From Nitrospirota bacterium (GTDB taxonomy: Bacteria; Nitrospirota; UBA9217), in assembly GCA_963751455.1 (NCBI GenBank), contig CAVVUN010000008.1, positions 32,001 through 96,000 on the forward strand: a stretch of DNA of 64,000 nt, written 5' to 3'. How positions within the stretch are numbered: the stretch's first letter is position 1; each line of letters begins with the position of its first letter. Of the stretch, positions 46,954 to 56,843 are shown piece after piece. The notes below the pieces were generated by a model that saw only the letters and a program-made list of their open reading frames with translations, made no database searches and had not been told where the DNA came from. Position numbers and translations under genes: made by a program.

Positions 46954-47631
46954 TTACTTCTTACCACCAGAAACCGGCACGTAATACTGGGTGCCGTGCT
47001 TCATGGTCAGGATCTGCTTGAGGAGATCGTTCAGGTCCTCGCGGCGGTGCACAAAGTCTATGTCGGAGGTATTGATGACGAGGAGCGGTGTCTCGGAATA
47101 GCGGAAGAAGAAATGATTGTACGCCTCGTTCACATCGGCAATGTATTCGGCGTTGATGTCCTTTTCGAAGGACCTGCCGCGCTGTTTGATCCTTCGCAGG
47201 AGGGTCTCGGTGTCGGCCTGAAGGAAAATGACAAGGTCGGGCCGCACGATTTTCGGCTCGAGCATTTTGTAGATTTGCTCGTACAGCGCCAACTCATGGT
47301 CATTGAGCGTCAGGTAGGCGAAAATGCGGTCCTTTGCAAACAGATAGTCGCTGATGGTAATGCGGGTGAAAAGGTCCGGCTGGACCATCTGCTCCTGCTG
47401 TGCAAAACGGTTCATAAGAAAAAACATCTGCGTCTGGAACCGGTAGCGCGCCGAGTCTCTGTAAAAGTCGGACAGGAAGGGGTTGTCCTCTGCGCATTCA
47501 AGGATCAGCCGGGCGCCGAGTTCCTCTGCGAGAAGGGACGTGAGGCTCGTTTTTCCGACCCCGATCGGGCCTTCCGTAACGATGTAGCGGGTATACGTAT
47601 CGGGTTTCCTGTTCATAAAAACTTGATTCAT
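46954..47631 (-). CDS. Deoxynucleoside kinase family protein
   Basis: EGPIGVGKTS, NPFLSDFY, RIKQRGRSFE; adjacent to folK; alternative start 47616. Confidence 0.92.
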   Translation of the reverse strand: MNQVFMNRKPDTYTRYIVTEGPIGVGKTSLTSLLAEELGARLILECAEDNPFLSDFYRDSARYRFQTQMFFLMNRFAQQEQMVQPDLFTRITISDYLFAKDRIFAYLTLNDHELALYEQIYKMLEPKIVRPDLVIFLQADTETLLRRIKQRGRSFEKDINAEYIADVNEAYNHFFFRYSETPLLVINTSDIDFVHRREDLNDLLKQILTMKHGTQYYVPVSGGKK

Positions 47632-47638
47632 TATATAG

Positions 47639-47717
47639 CCGCAGATTACGCTGATTTTAATGATTAAAGCAGGTCTTGGTTTATTTTTTTCATCTGCGTA
47701 TTCTGTGAAATCTGCGG
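47639..47717. repeat. Intergenic imperfect palindrome of 9-nt sub-repeats
   Basis: CCGCAGATT ACGCTGATT TTAATGATT ... CATCTGCGT ATTCTGTGA AATCTGCGG. Confidence 0.75.
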
Positions 47718-47742
47718 ATAAAGCGTTTCACGATTCTGTTGT

Positions 47743-48231
47743 TCATGCGGCGCCGCATTTTACAACACGATGGGGGTCCTTCAGCTCATGGAGCAGCTGA
47801 GAGATCGTCTTGTTGAGAACGGGATGCACGGCAAGAGGCGCGATCTCGCTCAGGGGTACGAGCACAAACTTTCGCAATGCCAATTGAGCATGTGGTATCA
47901 CAAGATCCGGCCTGCTAATGACCTGATCACCGAACAGCAGGATGTCGAGATCGATCGTACGCGGTCCCCAGCGGACAGCTCGTATACGGCCAAGTTCGTT
48001 TTCAATCGATCGGCACGCCGCCAGCAGGTTCAGCGGTGAGAATTCGGTCTCTATCTCGACCGCCGCATTGACAAATTCTTCCTGCTTTTCATATCCGACC
48101 GGCTCAGTGCAGTAAAAGGATGACTGATTGAGGACGCGTCCTGCGCGGTTCAAAACCTCGATCGCGCGCCTGCAGAAGGCTATCCTGTCGCCCATATTCG
48201 AGCCCAGACCGATGTATGCGGTAGCAGACAT
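47743..48231 (-). CDS. folK: 2-amino-4-hydroxy-6-hydroxymethyldihydropteridine diphosphokinase
   Basis: IGLGSNMG, WGPRTIDLDIL, PH, FVLVPL. Confidence 0.96.
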   Translation of the reverse strand: MSATAYIGLGSNMGDRIAFCRRAIEVLNRAGRVLNQSSFYCTEPVGYEKQEEFVNAAVEIETEFSPLNLLAACRSIENELGRIRAVRWGPRTIDLDILLFGDQVISRPDLVIPHAQLALRKFVLVPLSEIAPLAVHPVLNKTISQLLHELKDPHRVVKCGAA

Positions 48232-48242
48232 GTTTGTTATTG

Positions 48243-48305
48243 GGACACGGATTAACACGGAAACACCGGATTAAAGCACCGACTTTTCCAATTTTATCCG
48301 TGTCC
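48243..48305. repeat. Intergenic imperfect palindrome of 9-10-nt sub-repeats
   Basis: GGACACGGATTAACACGGAAACACCGGATT ... ATCCGTGTCC. Confidence 0.7.
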
Positions 48306-48315
48306 AAAAGGTTTT

Positions 48316-49575
48316 TCAGAATTCAAACTGCATCCCAGCCATCCGCTTTTTGAATTCAGCCAGCACCCGCTGCTCGTCGGCTGCGCCCCTGCACTCGAAG
48401 GTTGCCGAAAAGCGGATATACGCGCCGGCATCATCCCACGGAACGGTGCTGATAAGCTTTTGGGTGATCAGAAACTCCGAAAATTCCTCTGCATTCGCAA
48501 AGGACCTTCCGCCCTTCACTCCAGTTGGCATCTTTACATACAGGTAAAACGATCCCGCGGGGAGCTTCGCATTAAATCCCATTTCGGACAAAACGGCACA
48601 CATCGCCCTGAGCCTTCTCTCATACTTCGCTGAGATAACATCCGTCATCTCGGGATTGTCAAGGGCGTAGACGCCGGCCTTCTGGAGCGCCTTGAACTGA
48701 CCGGAATCGTAATTGTCCTTCACGTTCGCGTATCCGGCGATGACCCGTTCATTGCCGGCAACGAATGCGAGCCGCCAGCCGGTCATATTATACGCCTTGG
48801 AGAGGGAGTGAATCTCGACACCTACATCCTTTGCCCCATCCACGGAAAGGAACGAGAGCGGTTTCGCGCCGTATACGAGGCCGGCATACGCGGCATCGTG
48901 CACGACGATAACGCTGTTCGCTTTCGCAAACGCCACCACCTTTTCAAAAAAGGCAGTAGTCGCGCCTGCCCCTGTCGGGTTATTAGGGTAGTTGATATAG
49001 AGAAGCTTGGCCCTTTTTTTCACGTCCGGCGTAACTGAGTCAAGGTCCGGCAGAAATCCGTTCTGCTCCAGGAGCGGCAGGTTCACGACCTCGCCCCTGT
49101 ACCACCGGGTGTGAGTGCCCATTACAGGATAACCCGGTACGGTCATGAGTGTAACATCGCCGGGGTTGATGAAAATCGCCGGAAACATTGCCAGCACGGG
49201 TTTGCTCCCGATGCCGTGCACCACCTCTGTCTCAGGATTGATATTGCGTACCCCATAGACGCTGCTCAGGTATCGGGCGGCTGCGTCTTTAAATTCCTGG
49301 ATGCCGTTGTCCGCATATCCGCGGTTTTCCGGTTTTTCCGCTTCGGTCTGGAGCGCCTTCACTACGCCGGGGAAGGCCATCTCGTCGGGTTCGCCTACGC
49401 CGAAATCGATAAGCTCAACGCCGGGATGGGCCGCGAGCGCTGCCCGTTTTGCGCGCTTGATCTTTTCGAATTTGTAGATCTTCTGTTCCTTGCCGAACAG
49501 CGCGCCGCCGATTCGCTCGGCAAAAAGGGATTGAATGTAGGTGTCGCTCGGTGTCGCCAACTGCGCATCCTCCAT
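48316..49575 (-). CDS. dapL: LL-diaminopimelate aminotransferase
   Basis: YKFEKIK, GVGEPD, NYPNNPTG, DAAY, SLSKAYNMTGWR; located in the dap cluster. Confidence 0.88.
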   Translation of the reverse strand: MEDAQLATPSDTYIQSLFAERIGGALFGKEQKIYKFEKIKRAKRAALAAHPGVELIDFGVGEPDEMAFPGVVKALQTEAEKPENRGYADNGIQEFKDAAARYLSSVYGVRNINPETEVVHGIGSKPVLAMFPAIFINPGDVTLMTVPGYPVMGTHTRWYRGEVVNLPLLEQNGFLPDLDSVTPDVKKRAKLLYINYPNNPTGAGATTAFFEKVVAFAKANSVIVVHDAAYAGLVYGAKPLSFLSVDGAKDVGVEIHSLSKAYNMTGWRLAFVAGNERVIAGYANVKDNYDSGQFKALQKAGVYALDNPEMTDVISAKYERRLRAMCAVLSEMGFNAKLPAGSFYLYVKMPTGVKGGRSFANAEEFSEFLITQKLISTVPWDDAGAYIRFSATFECRGAADEQRVLAEFKKRMAGMQFEF

Positions 49576-49621
49576 TGAAAAAAATTATTGGAGCTTTTCA
49601 ACCTGACGTAATAAATGCTTT

Positions 49622-49779
49622 ATCCGCAGATTTCGCAGATAACGCAGATTGTAAAACATAAAACTCCAGCTCATTTTACTATGATACTGATGGCACAGAA
49701 AGAATTATAAACGGTTTTTCCGCGCCTCTTGGTTTAGCCTCGACTTTATTAATCTGTGAAATCTTCGTAATCTGCGGAT
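49622..49779. repeat. Intergenic imperfect palindrome of 9-nt sub-repeats
   Basis: ATCCGCAGATTTCGCAGATAACGCAGATT (49622-49650) ... AATCTGTGAAATCTTCGTAATCTGCGGAT (49751-49779). Confidence 0.8.
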
Positions 49780-49783
49780 CATC

Positions 49784-50536
49784 TTACTTCACGGTGTTCT
49801 TCAGGCTTCCTATTCCTTCGATCCGAACCTCGATCTCGTCCCCCGGTTTCATCGGTCCGATTCCCGGCGGCGTGCCGGATATGATGAGGTCGCCCGGCTC
49901 GAGCGTCATGATCTGCGAGATGAAGCTTACAAGATAGGGAATCCTGAAAATAAACTGAGAGGTGCGCGAAGACTGCTTTCGCTCACTGTTCAGATAAGCC
50001 TCGATGAGAAGATCGCCCGGGTCGAGATCGGTCTCTATCCAGGGCCCCACAGGGCAGAAGGTATCGAAAGATTTGGCGCGCGTCCACTGCCCGTCCTTTT
50101 GCTGCAGATCCCGTGCGGTAACATCATTCACGCACGTATAGCCCAGTATGTGGACAGCAGCCTCTTCGGGAGTGATGTTCCTCGTCCGGTCCCTGATTAC
50201 AATTCCGAGTTCTGCTTCATAATCAACCCGCGCACTGCTCGCGGGATAGACGATCGTTTCTGCCGGACCGATGACGCTCGTAGGCGGCTTCAAAAAGATG
50301 ATCGGTTCCTCCGCGACCGGGAAGCCGAGTTCCTCCGCATGGTCACGGTAATTCAGCCCGACCGCTACGATCTTAGACGGATGCGAGGGTGCAAGAAGTT
50401 TCACCCGGGACAGGAAGTGACGGGTCGTGGCTGTTGTGAAAGAGGAAAAGGTGTTTCTTTCAAGTTCCGAAATCTCGTCCCCGTCCAGTATTCCGCATGC
50501 CTGCCTGGCCCCTGCCAAAAACCGAACCAGTTTCAT
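49784..50536 (-). CDS. Fumarylacetoacetate hydrolase family protein
   Basis: VGLNYRDH, DYEAEL, NDVTARD, AKSFDTFCP, GTPPG. Confidence 0.93.
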   Translation of the reverse strand: MKLVRFLAGARQACGILDGDEISELERNTFSSFTTATTRHFLSRVKLLAPSHPSKIVAVGLNYRDHAEELGFPVAEEPIIFLKPPTSVIGPAETIVYPASSARVDYEAELGIVIRDRTRNITPEEAAVHILGYTCVNDVTARDLQQKDGQWTRAKSFDTFCPVGPWIETDLDPGDLLIEAYLNSERKQSSRTSQFIFRIPYLVSFISQIMTLEPGDLIISGTPPGIGPMKPGDEIEVRIEGIGSLKNTVK

Positions 50537-50761
50537 AGACGACCGCCGTTCTGCCCGAGACGGTTAAGTTCTACCCCTGGAAAACGTAGAAAAGCGTTTG
50601 TTAGTGTTGCTTCGTCTCAGACCAGTGAAACATGAATCAAGAATCTGTCTCACACGGAGTAAACAGAATACAGTATTAGACTCTTTTCTTTGTGGCTTTG
50701 TGGCTTCGTGTGAAAATTGCTTTTCGGTTCTGGGTTAGAACAGACGCCATCACCGCCAATA

Positions 50762-51529
50762 TTACTTGCCGTCGATCCAGGCGGAAAGCTGGTCGGCTGG
50801 CCGAAACCCGTTCAGAACCGTTCCATCGTCCCGTATAAGGGTCGGTGTGCTGTTGAATCCCAGTTTTTGTACCAGCGCCTTGTTCTTCTCTACCTGCTCG
50901 TTCGAGCACTTGGGCTCAGGCACGGGTTTCCCTTCGAAAGCTTCGTTGGTGAGGTGAACCGATTTTTCACACAGGATCGCCTGGACCTTTTTGTAGGCGT
51001 CTTTGTGCATGGGGAGGGGATACAGCATCAGGTAAAATGCCACATCCTTCCTCGCGGTCAGCACTTTCTTCATCTCTGCGTGGAGGTTTCTGCAATACGG
51101 GCAATCAGGGTCGGTAATGACCACCACTTTCCGTGCGGCGTTTTTCGGACCAAAAACAACAGCATTCTTGAGCGGAATACTGGAAAAATTAACCTTTGCG
51201 GGAGCCGGTGGAGGCATTTTCCCGATCGTATCGACCGGTACCATTTGACCGGCAATCAGATATTTCTTGGAAAAATCGAGAAACAGCGCGCCGTGTTTTC
51301 CGTCCGCGTCAACGTCGATCTGCCAAATGCTTTTGACCGGTGAAAGTTTTATATCGACTATTTTTCCGTTCGGCACCAATTTTTTGACGATGACGTCGGC
51401 TTCCTTCTTTTCCAGTTTATGGCAGTCGGTACAGTTGCCCGCGCACCCGTCTGCGTTTGAAAATGCGCTCGTGGAAAACGGGAAAAGAAATAGAACACCC
51501 AATAGCAGGTTAAGCAGGATCTTTTTCAT
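50762..51529 (-). CDS. DsbC family thiol:disulfide interchange protein
   Basis: Signal peptide, dimerisation domain, TDPDCPYC, PLPMH, STP cis-Pro loop. Confidence 0.9.
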   Translation of the reverse strand: MKKILLNLLLGVLFLFPFSTSAFSNADGCAGNCTDCHKLEKKEADVIVKKLVPNGKIVDIKLSPVKSIWQIDVDADGKHGALFLDFSKKYLIAGQMVPVDTIGKMPPPAPAKVNFSSIPLKNAVVFGPKNAARKVVVITDPDCPYCRNLHAEMKKVLTARKDVAFYLMLYPLPMHKDAYKKVQAILCEKSVHLTNEAFEGKPVPEPKCSNEQVEKNKALVQKLGFNSTPTLIRDDGTVLNGFRPADQLSAWIDGK

Positions 51530-51591
51530 TCAGTAAACTCCTTTAGTTCAAAGTGACAACAAGCCATACAGTGACTGATCTTTACTCAACA

Positions 51592-52401
51592 TTATTTCAA
51601 TCCCAGCACGTCCCGCATATCGTACAATCCGGGCTTCTGTCCGACTACCCATTTTGCGGCCCGCAGCGCTCCGGCGGCAAACGTGTCCCGGCTGTGCGCG
51701 CGATGCGTTATCTCGATGCGCTCGCCTTTGCCCGCGAACATGACCGTATGTTCTCCGACGATGTCTCCTGCCCGGACGGTTTGGATCCCTATTTCTTTTT
51801 TTGACCTTTCGCCGATCATGCCCTTGCGCGTGTACACACCTACTTCGTCAAGATTCCTGTGGACGGCATCCGCCAATACCTGGGCCATCTTGACCGCAGT
51901 ACCGGACGGGGCGTCTTTTTTCATGCGGTGATGCGCTTCGACGATCTCCATATCATAGTCCTCGCCAACGGTCCTGGCCACTTCTTCCAGGATTTTAAAG
52001 CAGAGGTTTACGCCGATGCTCATGTTCGGGGAGAGCACGCAGGGAATCTTCTGGACGAACTTTCTGATTTCATCGAGCTGCGGCCCTGAAAAACCGGTGG
52101 AGCCGATGACAGCCGGTTTGCCGAGCTCCGCGCACGTACGGATGTGATCCAGGCTCGACTCGGGGAAGGTAAAATCAATCAGGACATCGCCGGCTTTCAG
52201 CGCCGCGGCCAGATCGTCCGTTATCATGATAAGGACTCCGCCGCTCGGAAGACCCGCCGGACCGTAGGAATCCTTGCCGACAAGGGCATGGCCTTTTCGT
52301 TCTATCGCTCCTGAAAGACGGATACCGTCCGCCGATGAAAGCAGATTGATGATACGGGACCCCATTCTGCCGGCTGCGCCGGTAACGACCGCTTTGATCA
52401 T
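51592..52401 (-). CDS. dapB: 4-hydroxy-tetrahydrodipicolinate reductase
   Basis: GAAGRMG, EAHHRMKKDAPSGTA, RAGDIVGEH. Confidence 0.97.
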   Translation of the reverse strand: MIKAVVTGAAGRMGSRIINLLSSADGIRLSGAIERKGHALVGKDSYGPAGLPSGGVLIMITDDLAAALKAGDVLIDFTFPESSLDHIRTCAELGKPAVIGSTGFSGPQLDEIRKFVQKIPCVLSPNMSIGVNLCFKILEEVARTVGEDYDMEIVEAHHRMKKDAPSGTAVKMAQVLADAVHRNLDEVGVYTRKGMIGERSKKEIGIQTVRAGDIVGEHTVMFAGKGERIEITHRAHSRDTFAAGALRAAKWVVGQKPGLYDMRDVLGLK

Positions 52402-52422
52402 AATAACACTCCTATAATCTTT

Positions 52423-52493
52423 GGCCGCAGATTTCGCAGAGTCGCGCAGATTTTTTTCTGCTTGATCCGCTTTTTCCGCGTTAATCCGCGTCC
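52423..52493. repeat. Intergenic imperfect palindrome of 9-10-nt sub-repeats
   Basis: GGCCGCAGATTTCGCAGAGTCGCGCAGATTT ... ATCCGCTTTTTCCGCGTTAATCCGCGTCC. Confidence 0.7.
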
Positions 52494-52508
52494 ACTGGTT
52501 TCTCTTTT

Positions 52509-53381
52509 TTACAGCAATCCGTAATCCTTCAGCGACTTCTTAAGCTTCTCCTTGTTCGCGTCGGCCATCGGGCAGAGCGGCAGTCTGAACTCCTCGGCTA
52601 TCCTGCCCATAAAGGCGAGAGAAGTCTTGACCGGGATCGGGTTCGTTTCGATGAACATGGCGCTGTGCAGCGGCTCCATCTTATAATGGAGCCTCAGCGC
52701 CTCTTCCATCTTGCCTGCAAAGAAGGCGTCAAACATGCCTGCGGCATCAGCAGGAACGATATTCGTGGTTACCGAAATGGCGCCGACTCCCCCCAGGCAA
52801 AGAAGCGGCAGCGTGGTAAAATCGTCGCCGGAAATGACGTCGAAATCTTTGCCGCAGAGCCGGATCAGTTCACTGACCTGCTTCATATCGCCTGTTGCTT
52901 CCTTGATGCCGACGATGTTCTTGATAGACCGGAGCCGGGCCACGGTTGAAGGCAGCATGTTAACGCTCGTTCTTCCCGGAACGTTATACAACACAATCGG
53001 GATATCCGTGGATTCGGCCACCTTCTTGAAGTGCTGGTAGAGTCCTTCCTGGGTCGGTTTGTTGTAATAGGGCGTGATCAGCAGAACGCCGTCGGCGCCG
53101 GCCGTCTTCGAGAACTTAGTCAGCTCCAGAGTTTCCGCGGTGCTGTTCGACCCGGCGCCGGCGATCACGGGCGTCCTTTTGTTCACTGTCTTTACTGTAA
53201 ACTCCACAACGCGGCGATGCTCCTCGTGTGATAGCGTGGCGGACTCTCCGGTCGTTCCGCACGGCACAATAACGTCGGTGCCGCTTTTTATATGAAACTC
53301 GATCAGGTCGCCAAGAGCCTTTTCGTCCAGCTTGCCGTTTTTGAACGGTGTAACGATCGCAACCATTGAACCTTTGAACAT
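52509..53381 (-). CDS. dapA: 4-hydroxy-tetrahydrodipicolinate synthase
   Basis: GTTGES, PYYNKP, YNVPGRT, GIKEA, TNPIPVK. Confidence 0.97.
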   Translation of the reverse strand: MFKGSMVAIVTPFKNGKLDEKALGDLIEFHIKSGTDVIVPCGTTGESATLSHEEHRRVVEFTVKTVNKRTPVIAGAGSNSTAETLELTKFSKTAGADGVLLITPYYNKPTQEGLYQHFKKVAESTDIPIVLYNVPGRTSVNMLPSTVARLRSIKNIVGIKEATGDMKQVSELIRLCGKDFDVISGDDFTTLPLLCLGGVGAISVTTNIVPADAAGMFDAFFAGKMEEALRLHYKMEPLHSAMFIETNPIPVKTSLAFMGRIAEEFRLPLCPMADANKEKLKKSLKDYGLL

Positions 53382-53540
53382 AAAGCCTCCTCGCGGTAAA
53401 CTCCGCAGTTATAAACGTTACTCGTAAATCGGCAACGAAACCCGTATCGGCATTGGTTGCGTTGTTCGGTTTATACCGTTACCACTTGACGCTGAACGAA
53501 ACCGGCATCGTTACCATAACCTCTCGACACGCGATCCGCG

Positions 53541-54353
53541 CTAAATATAAAGCATTCCCTCGCAGATCACCTCTGCGGCGCCTTCAAGACGAAGATTGAC
53601 GAACCCGTCCCCGGTTCTTTCGAACGAAACGACCAGTTTTTCTCCGCTTCTCGTCATTACCGTGACCGGAGAGGAAACGAGGTCAAGCTTGCCCGCGATC
53701 AACGCGGCAGCCACGGAACCGGTGCCGCAAGCCATCGTCTCGCCCTCAACGCCGCGCTCGTAGGTCCTGACTTTCAAGATTCGGGGACCGACGACTTGAA
53801 CAAAATTAACGTTGGCGCCGCGCGGCTTGAAAAGGTCGCTGTAACGCGTCTTCCTGCCTGTTTCCTTCACGTCCTCTGCTTCAACGCTGTCCGAGAAATA
53901 GACGAGATGAGGAACGCCGGTATTGATGAAATGGCCGACTCTCGCCTCGTTCTCGAGCGGTACGGTCACATTCATGCGTATATCACCTGCTCCAGTCAGC
54001 TGCACCCTGACCCCGCTTTTCCTGATCTCCGCATGAATAAGCCCGGCCAGCGTTTCGAACGACATCGCCTTTTTCGCGATTTTTTTTATGTATGCGAAAC
54101 GGGCTGCACAGCGGGATCCGTTTCCGCACATCTCGGCCTCGCTCCCGTCCGCATTGAAGAACCGCCATTTGAAATCAGCCGTCCTGGATCGCACAATAAC
54201 GATCAGGCCGTCCGCGCCGACCGAGTAATGGCGGTCGCATACAGCGCCCGCCACACCCTTCAGATCCCTTCCCTTCAGGATCTGCCTGCGGTTGTCAATC
54301 AGGATGAAATCGTTGCCGCTTCCCTGCATTTTGTAAAATGGTATCTTTTTCAT
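53541..54353 (-). CDS. dapF: Diaminopimelate epimerase
   Basis: GSGNDF, EMCGNG, GVPH, ERGVEGETMACGTG; start set to ATG 54353. Confidence 0.96.
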   Translation of the reverse strand: MKKIPFYKMQGSGNDFILIDNRRQILKGRDLKGVAGAVCDRHYSVGADGLIVIVRSRTADFKWRFFNADGSEAEMCGNGSRCAARFAYIKKIAKKAMSFETLAGLIHAEIRKSGVRVQLTGAGDIRMNVTVPLENEARVGHFINTGVPHLVYFSDSVEAEDVKETGRKTRYSDLFKPRGANVNFVQVVGPRILKVRTYERGVEGETMACGTGSVAAALIAGKLDLVSSPVTVMTRSGEKLVVSFERTGDGFVNLRLEGAAEVICEGMLYI

Positions 54354-54431
54354 GGCTTCTTTACGAAATATTTCTGTCTTTCTTTTTGGTTTAATTCCGC
54401 AATCCGCATTCGCCAAACCGAGATCTGTAAC

Positions 54432-55691
54432 CTAGTCCAGCCACCGGGGTATTTTCTCGCCCCTGATCAGATCGCTGTATGTCTCGCGGTCTCTGACGAT
54501 AAAATACTCACTGCCTCTCACCATTACTTCAGCCGGACGCATTCGGGAGTTATAGGTCGACGCCATGGAGAACCCGTACGCGCCGGCGCTCATTACGGCC
54601 AGAAGGTCCCCGTCTTGTACTTCCGGCATTTCACGGTCCTTCGCGAGGAAATCTCCTGATTCGCAAATCGGACCGACCACGTCGAAAACTGCCTTTTCTC
54701 TGGAAACGGGCTCGACCACCGCTTTTATTTCGTGAAATGCGTGATACAGACTGGGGCGGATCAGGTCGTTCATACCCGCATCGACGATCAGAAACCTCTT
54801 CTCTCCGCTGTCTTTATGATAAAGAACGCTCGTCACGAGGATACCTGCGTTGCCCACTATCGCCCGTCCGGGCTCCAGAACCAGCGTGCATTTGCAGTCC
54901 TTTATGAACGGCTGGATCGCTTCAGAGAGATCGCGCGGAAGCGGCGGTGTTTCATCGCGGTAGGTGATACCCAAACCTCCGCCGATGTTGATATACCGGA
55001 TGTTGACGCCGGCTGATCGGAGCTCCCGCACGAAACCCGTCAGCTTCTCGAGCGCGTCTACAAACGGTTTGATCTCGGTAATCTGGGAACCGATATGCTG
55101 GTGAATGCCGACCACTTCCACGTGGCCCAGGCTTTTGGCAGTCTGGTAATACTCCAGCGCATGCTCGATCGGTATGCCGAATTTATTTTCTTTGAGCCCG
55201 GTTGAGATATAAGCATGTGTTTTCGGGTCGATGTCCGGGTTCACCCTGAGCGCAATAGGCGCTTTCGCGTGCATTTCACAGGCGGCCCGGTCAATCGCCA
55301 GAAGTTCCTCCCCGGATTCCACATTGAACATCAGAATCCCGACTTTGAGAGCGTACTCGATTTCGTCCCTTCGTTTACCCACCCCGGCATAGACGATTTT
55401 CTTCGGCGGTATGCCGGCGCGGAGGGCGCGAAACAGTTCGCCTCCGGATACGATGTCCGCTCCCGCCCCTTCCTTCCCCAGCAGTCTCAATACCGCGCTG
55501 TTCGAATTCGATTTGAGCGCAAAGCAGATAACGTGCTGAACGCCCGCAAAGGCGCTCTCAAACGCACGGACATGGTTCGCAAGAGTATTGCTGCTGTACA
55601 GGTAAAAGGGCGTGCCTACACGCTGGGCAATGGTCCTTACCGGAACACCCTCGCAACACAGTTCACCGTTTTTATATATGAAATCATGCAT
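54432..55691 (-). CDS. lysA: Diaminopimelate decarboxylase
   Basis: FALKSN, VSGGE, HIGSQ, EPGR, CESGD, GAYG. Confidence 0.97.
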   Translation of the reverse strand: MHDFIYKNGELCCEGVPVRTIAQRVGTPFYLYSSNTLANHVRAFESAFAGVQHVICFALKSNSNSAVLRLLGKEGAGADIVSGGELFRALRAGIPPKKIVYAGVGKRRDEIEYALKVGILMFNVESGEELLAIDRAACEMHAKAPIALRVNPDIDPKTHAYISTGLKENKFGIPIEHALEYYQTAKSLGHVEVVGIHQHIGSQITEIKPFVDALEKLTGFVRELRSAGVNIRYINIGGGLGITYRDETPPLPRDLSEAIQPFIKDCKCTLVLEPGRAIVGNAGILVTSVLYHKDSGEKRFLIVDAGMNDLIRPSLYHAFHEIKAVVEPVSREKAVFDVVGPICESGDFLAKDREMPEVQDGDLLAVMSAGAYGFSMASTYNSRMRPAEVMVRGSEYFIVRDRETYSDLIRGEKIPRWLD

Positions 55692-55772
55692 GGGAACGTG
55701 GTCCTGAATATAATTTACAGCACGGCCTAGGGCCGCAACAGATCACAACGTCAAAGGACGCAACACAATTCT

Positions 55773-56843
55773 TTATCTAAGCTTCTCCGCGTACGCTTTT
55801 TGCTCCTGGGACCTGGGGCTTTCGTTACCCGAGGTGTCTACCGCGGAAACAGCGTAATAGTATAACACACCGGGCCTCACATTCTCATCAGAATAGGTGC
55901 TCCGGTTTATCGGCTTTTCCGTCAGCCGCTCGAAATCTCTGCCGCTCCGTGTCGACCGGTAGACATAATACCCGGCGAGGTCGCGTTCGCTGTTTTCGTT
56001 CCAGGTCATGAAGACCCTGCCCACACCCGGAACCACCGTCAGACCTGCCGGCCTTTCGGGCGGAGCCAGGTCCCGCGAAGCGGCTGACGCTTCCGGCGAA
56101 TTGAGACTCTCCTTCCAGGGAAGCATGGGACTGTCGACGGAACGGACCACGTAATAATACGTTTTGTCGTTCACAACGGCGGTATCTTTAAAGCTGTTGG
56201 TCCGGACCGGCTCCTTGTTCAAGGTAGTCTCGTCGTACCGGCCTGAAACTGTTCCCCGATACACGTTGTATCCGACGAAGCCTTCGTATCTGCTGCCGTC
56301 CGCCCGCGTGGTTACCTGATCCCAGGCAAGAACAATGTGGCTGTCACCGCCTATGGCGCTCAGCATTTTCGGCGCTGCAAGGGAGATAAGCGGGGCCACT
56401 CTCACTTCTTCCGATGGCTGGCTCATTCCGCCCCTGGCCGTTACCACCCTGATGCGGTAACTGTAGACGATTCCGTACCGCAGGCGGTCGTCGCTCCAGT
56501 AGACCCTGCCGTTCCTCACTTCTGCCGGAGCGGGATTTGAGAGGTTGATCTCGCCAATTTGCTTGTACCGGTGTTTCTTTTTATCCCGTTCAACTTGGGC
56601 CCTGAAAATCCGGAAGCCGACGATTTCACCCTGGTTCAGGTCCTTGCCTTCGATATTCTTCGTTGGCAGAGGCCACGACAAAAACGCGACGGCATCCCGG
56701 GCGACAATCGTAACATCCTTGACCGGTTCGGAACGAGGGCTCGCTGGCGTAATCGGGTCGGTCTTTCTGCCGCAGCCGGCGGCGACCAGTGTCATGAGAA
56801 CAAGCCCTGTAAAGACAAAGGCACGTCGTCGCTGCGCGTTCAT
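55773..56843 (-). CDS. Lipoprotein with fibronectin type III repeats
   Basis: Lipobox AAGC followed by GRK; three FN3-like units (GFRIFR, GYNVYR, GYYVYR; YYYxV; GNES). Confidence 0.85.
   Translation of the reverse strand: MNAQRRRAFVFTGLVLMTLVAAGCGRKTDPITPASPRSEPVKDVTIVARDAVAFLSWPLPTKNIEGKDLNQGEIVGFRIFRAQVERDKKKHRYKQIGEINLSNPAPAEVRNGRVYWSDDRLRYGIVYSYRIRVVTARGGMSQPSEEVRVAPLISLAAPKMLSAIGGDSHIVLAWDQVTTRADGSRYEGFVGYNVYRGTVSGRYDETTLNKEPVRTNSFKDTAVVNDKTYYYVVRSVDSPMLPWKESLNSPEASAASRDLAPPERPAGLTVVPGVGRVFMTWNENSERDLAGYYVYRSTRSGRDFERLTEKPINRSTYSDENVRPGVLYYYAVSAVDTSGNESPRSQEQKAYAEKLR

Noticed and set aside
47639-52493. Repeats considered as a CRISPR array or integron attC sites
   Set aside because: Separated by whole housekeeping genes, inverted rather than direct, no cas or intI genes, no consistent RYYYAAC/GTTRRRY ends
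53400-53540. Weak hexamer periodicity (CGTTAC/CGTAAA/CGAAAC) between dapA and dapF
   Set aside because: Too degenerate to define arms confidently by eye
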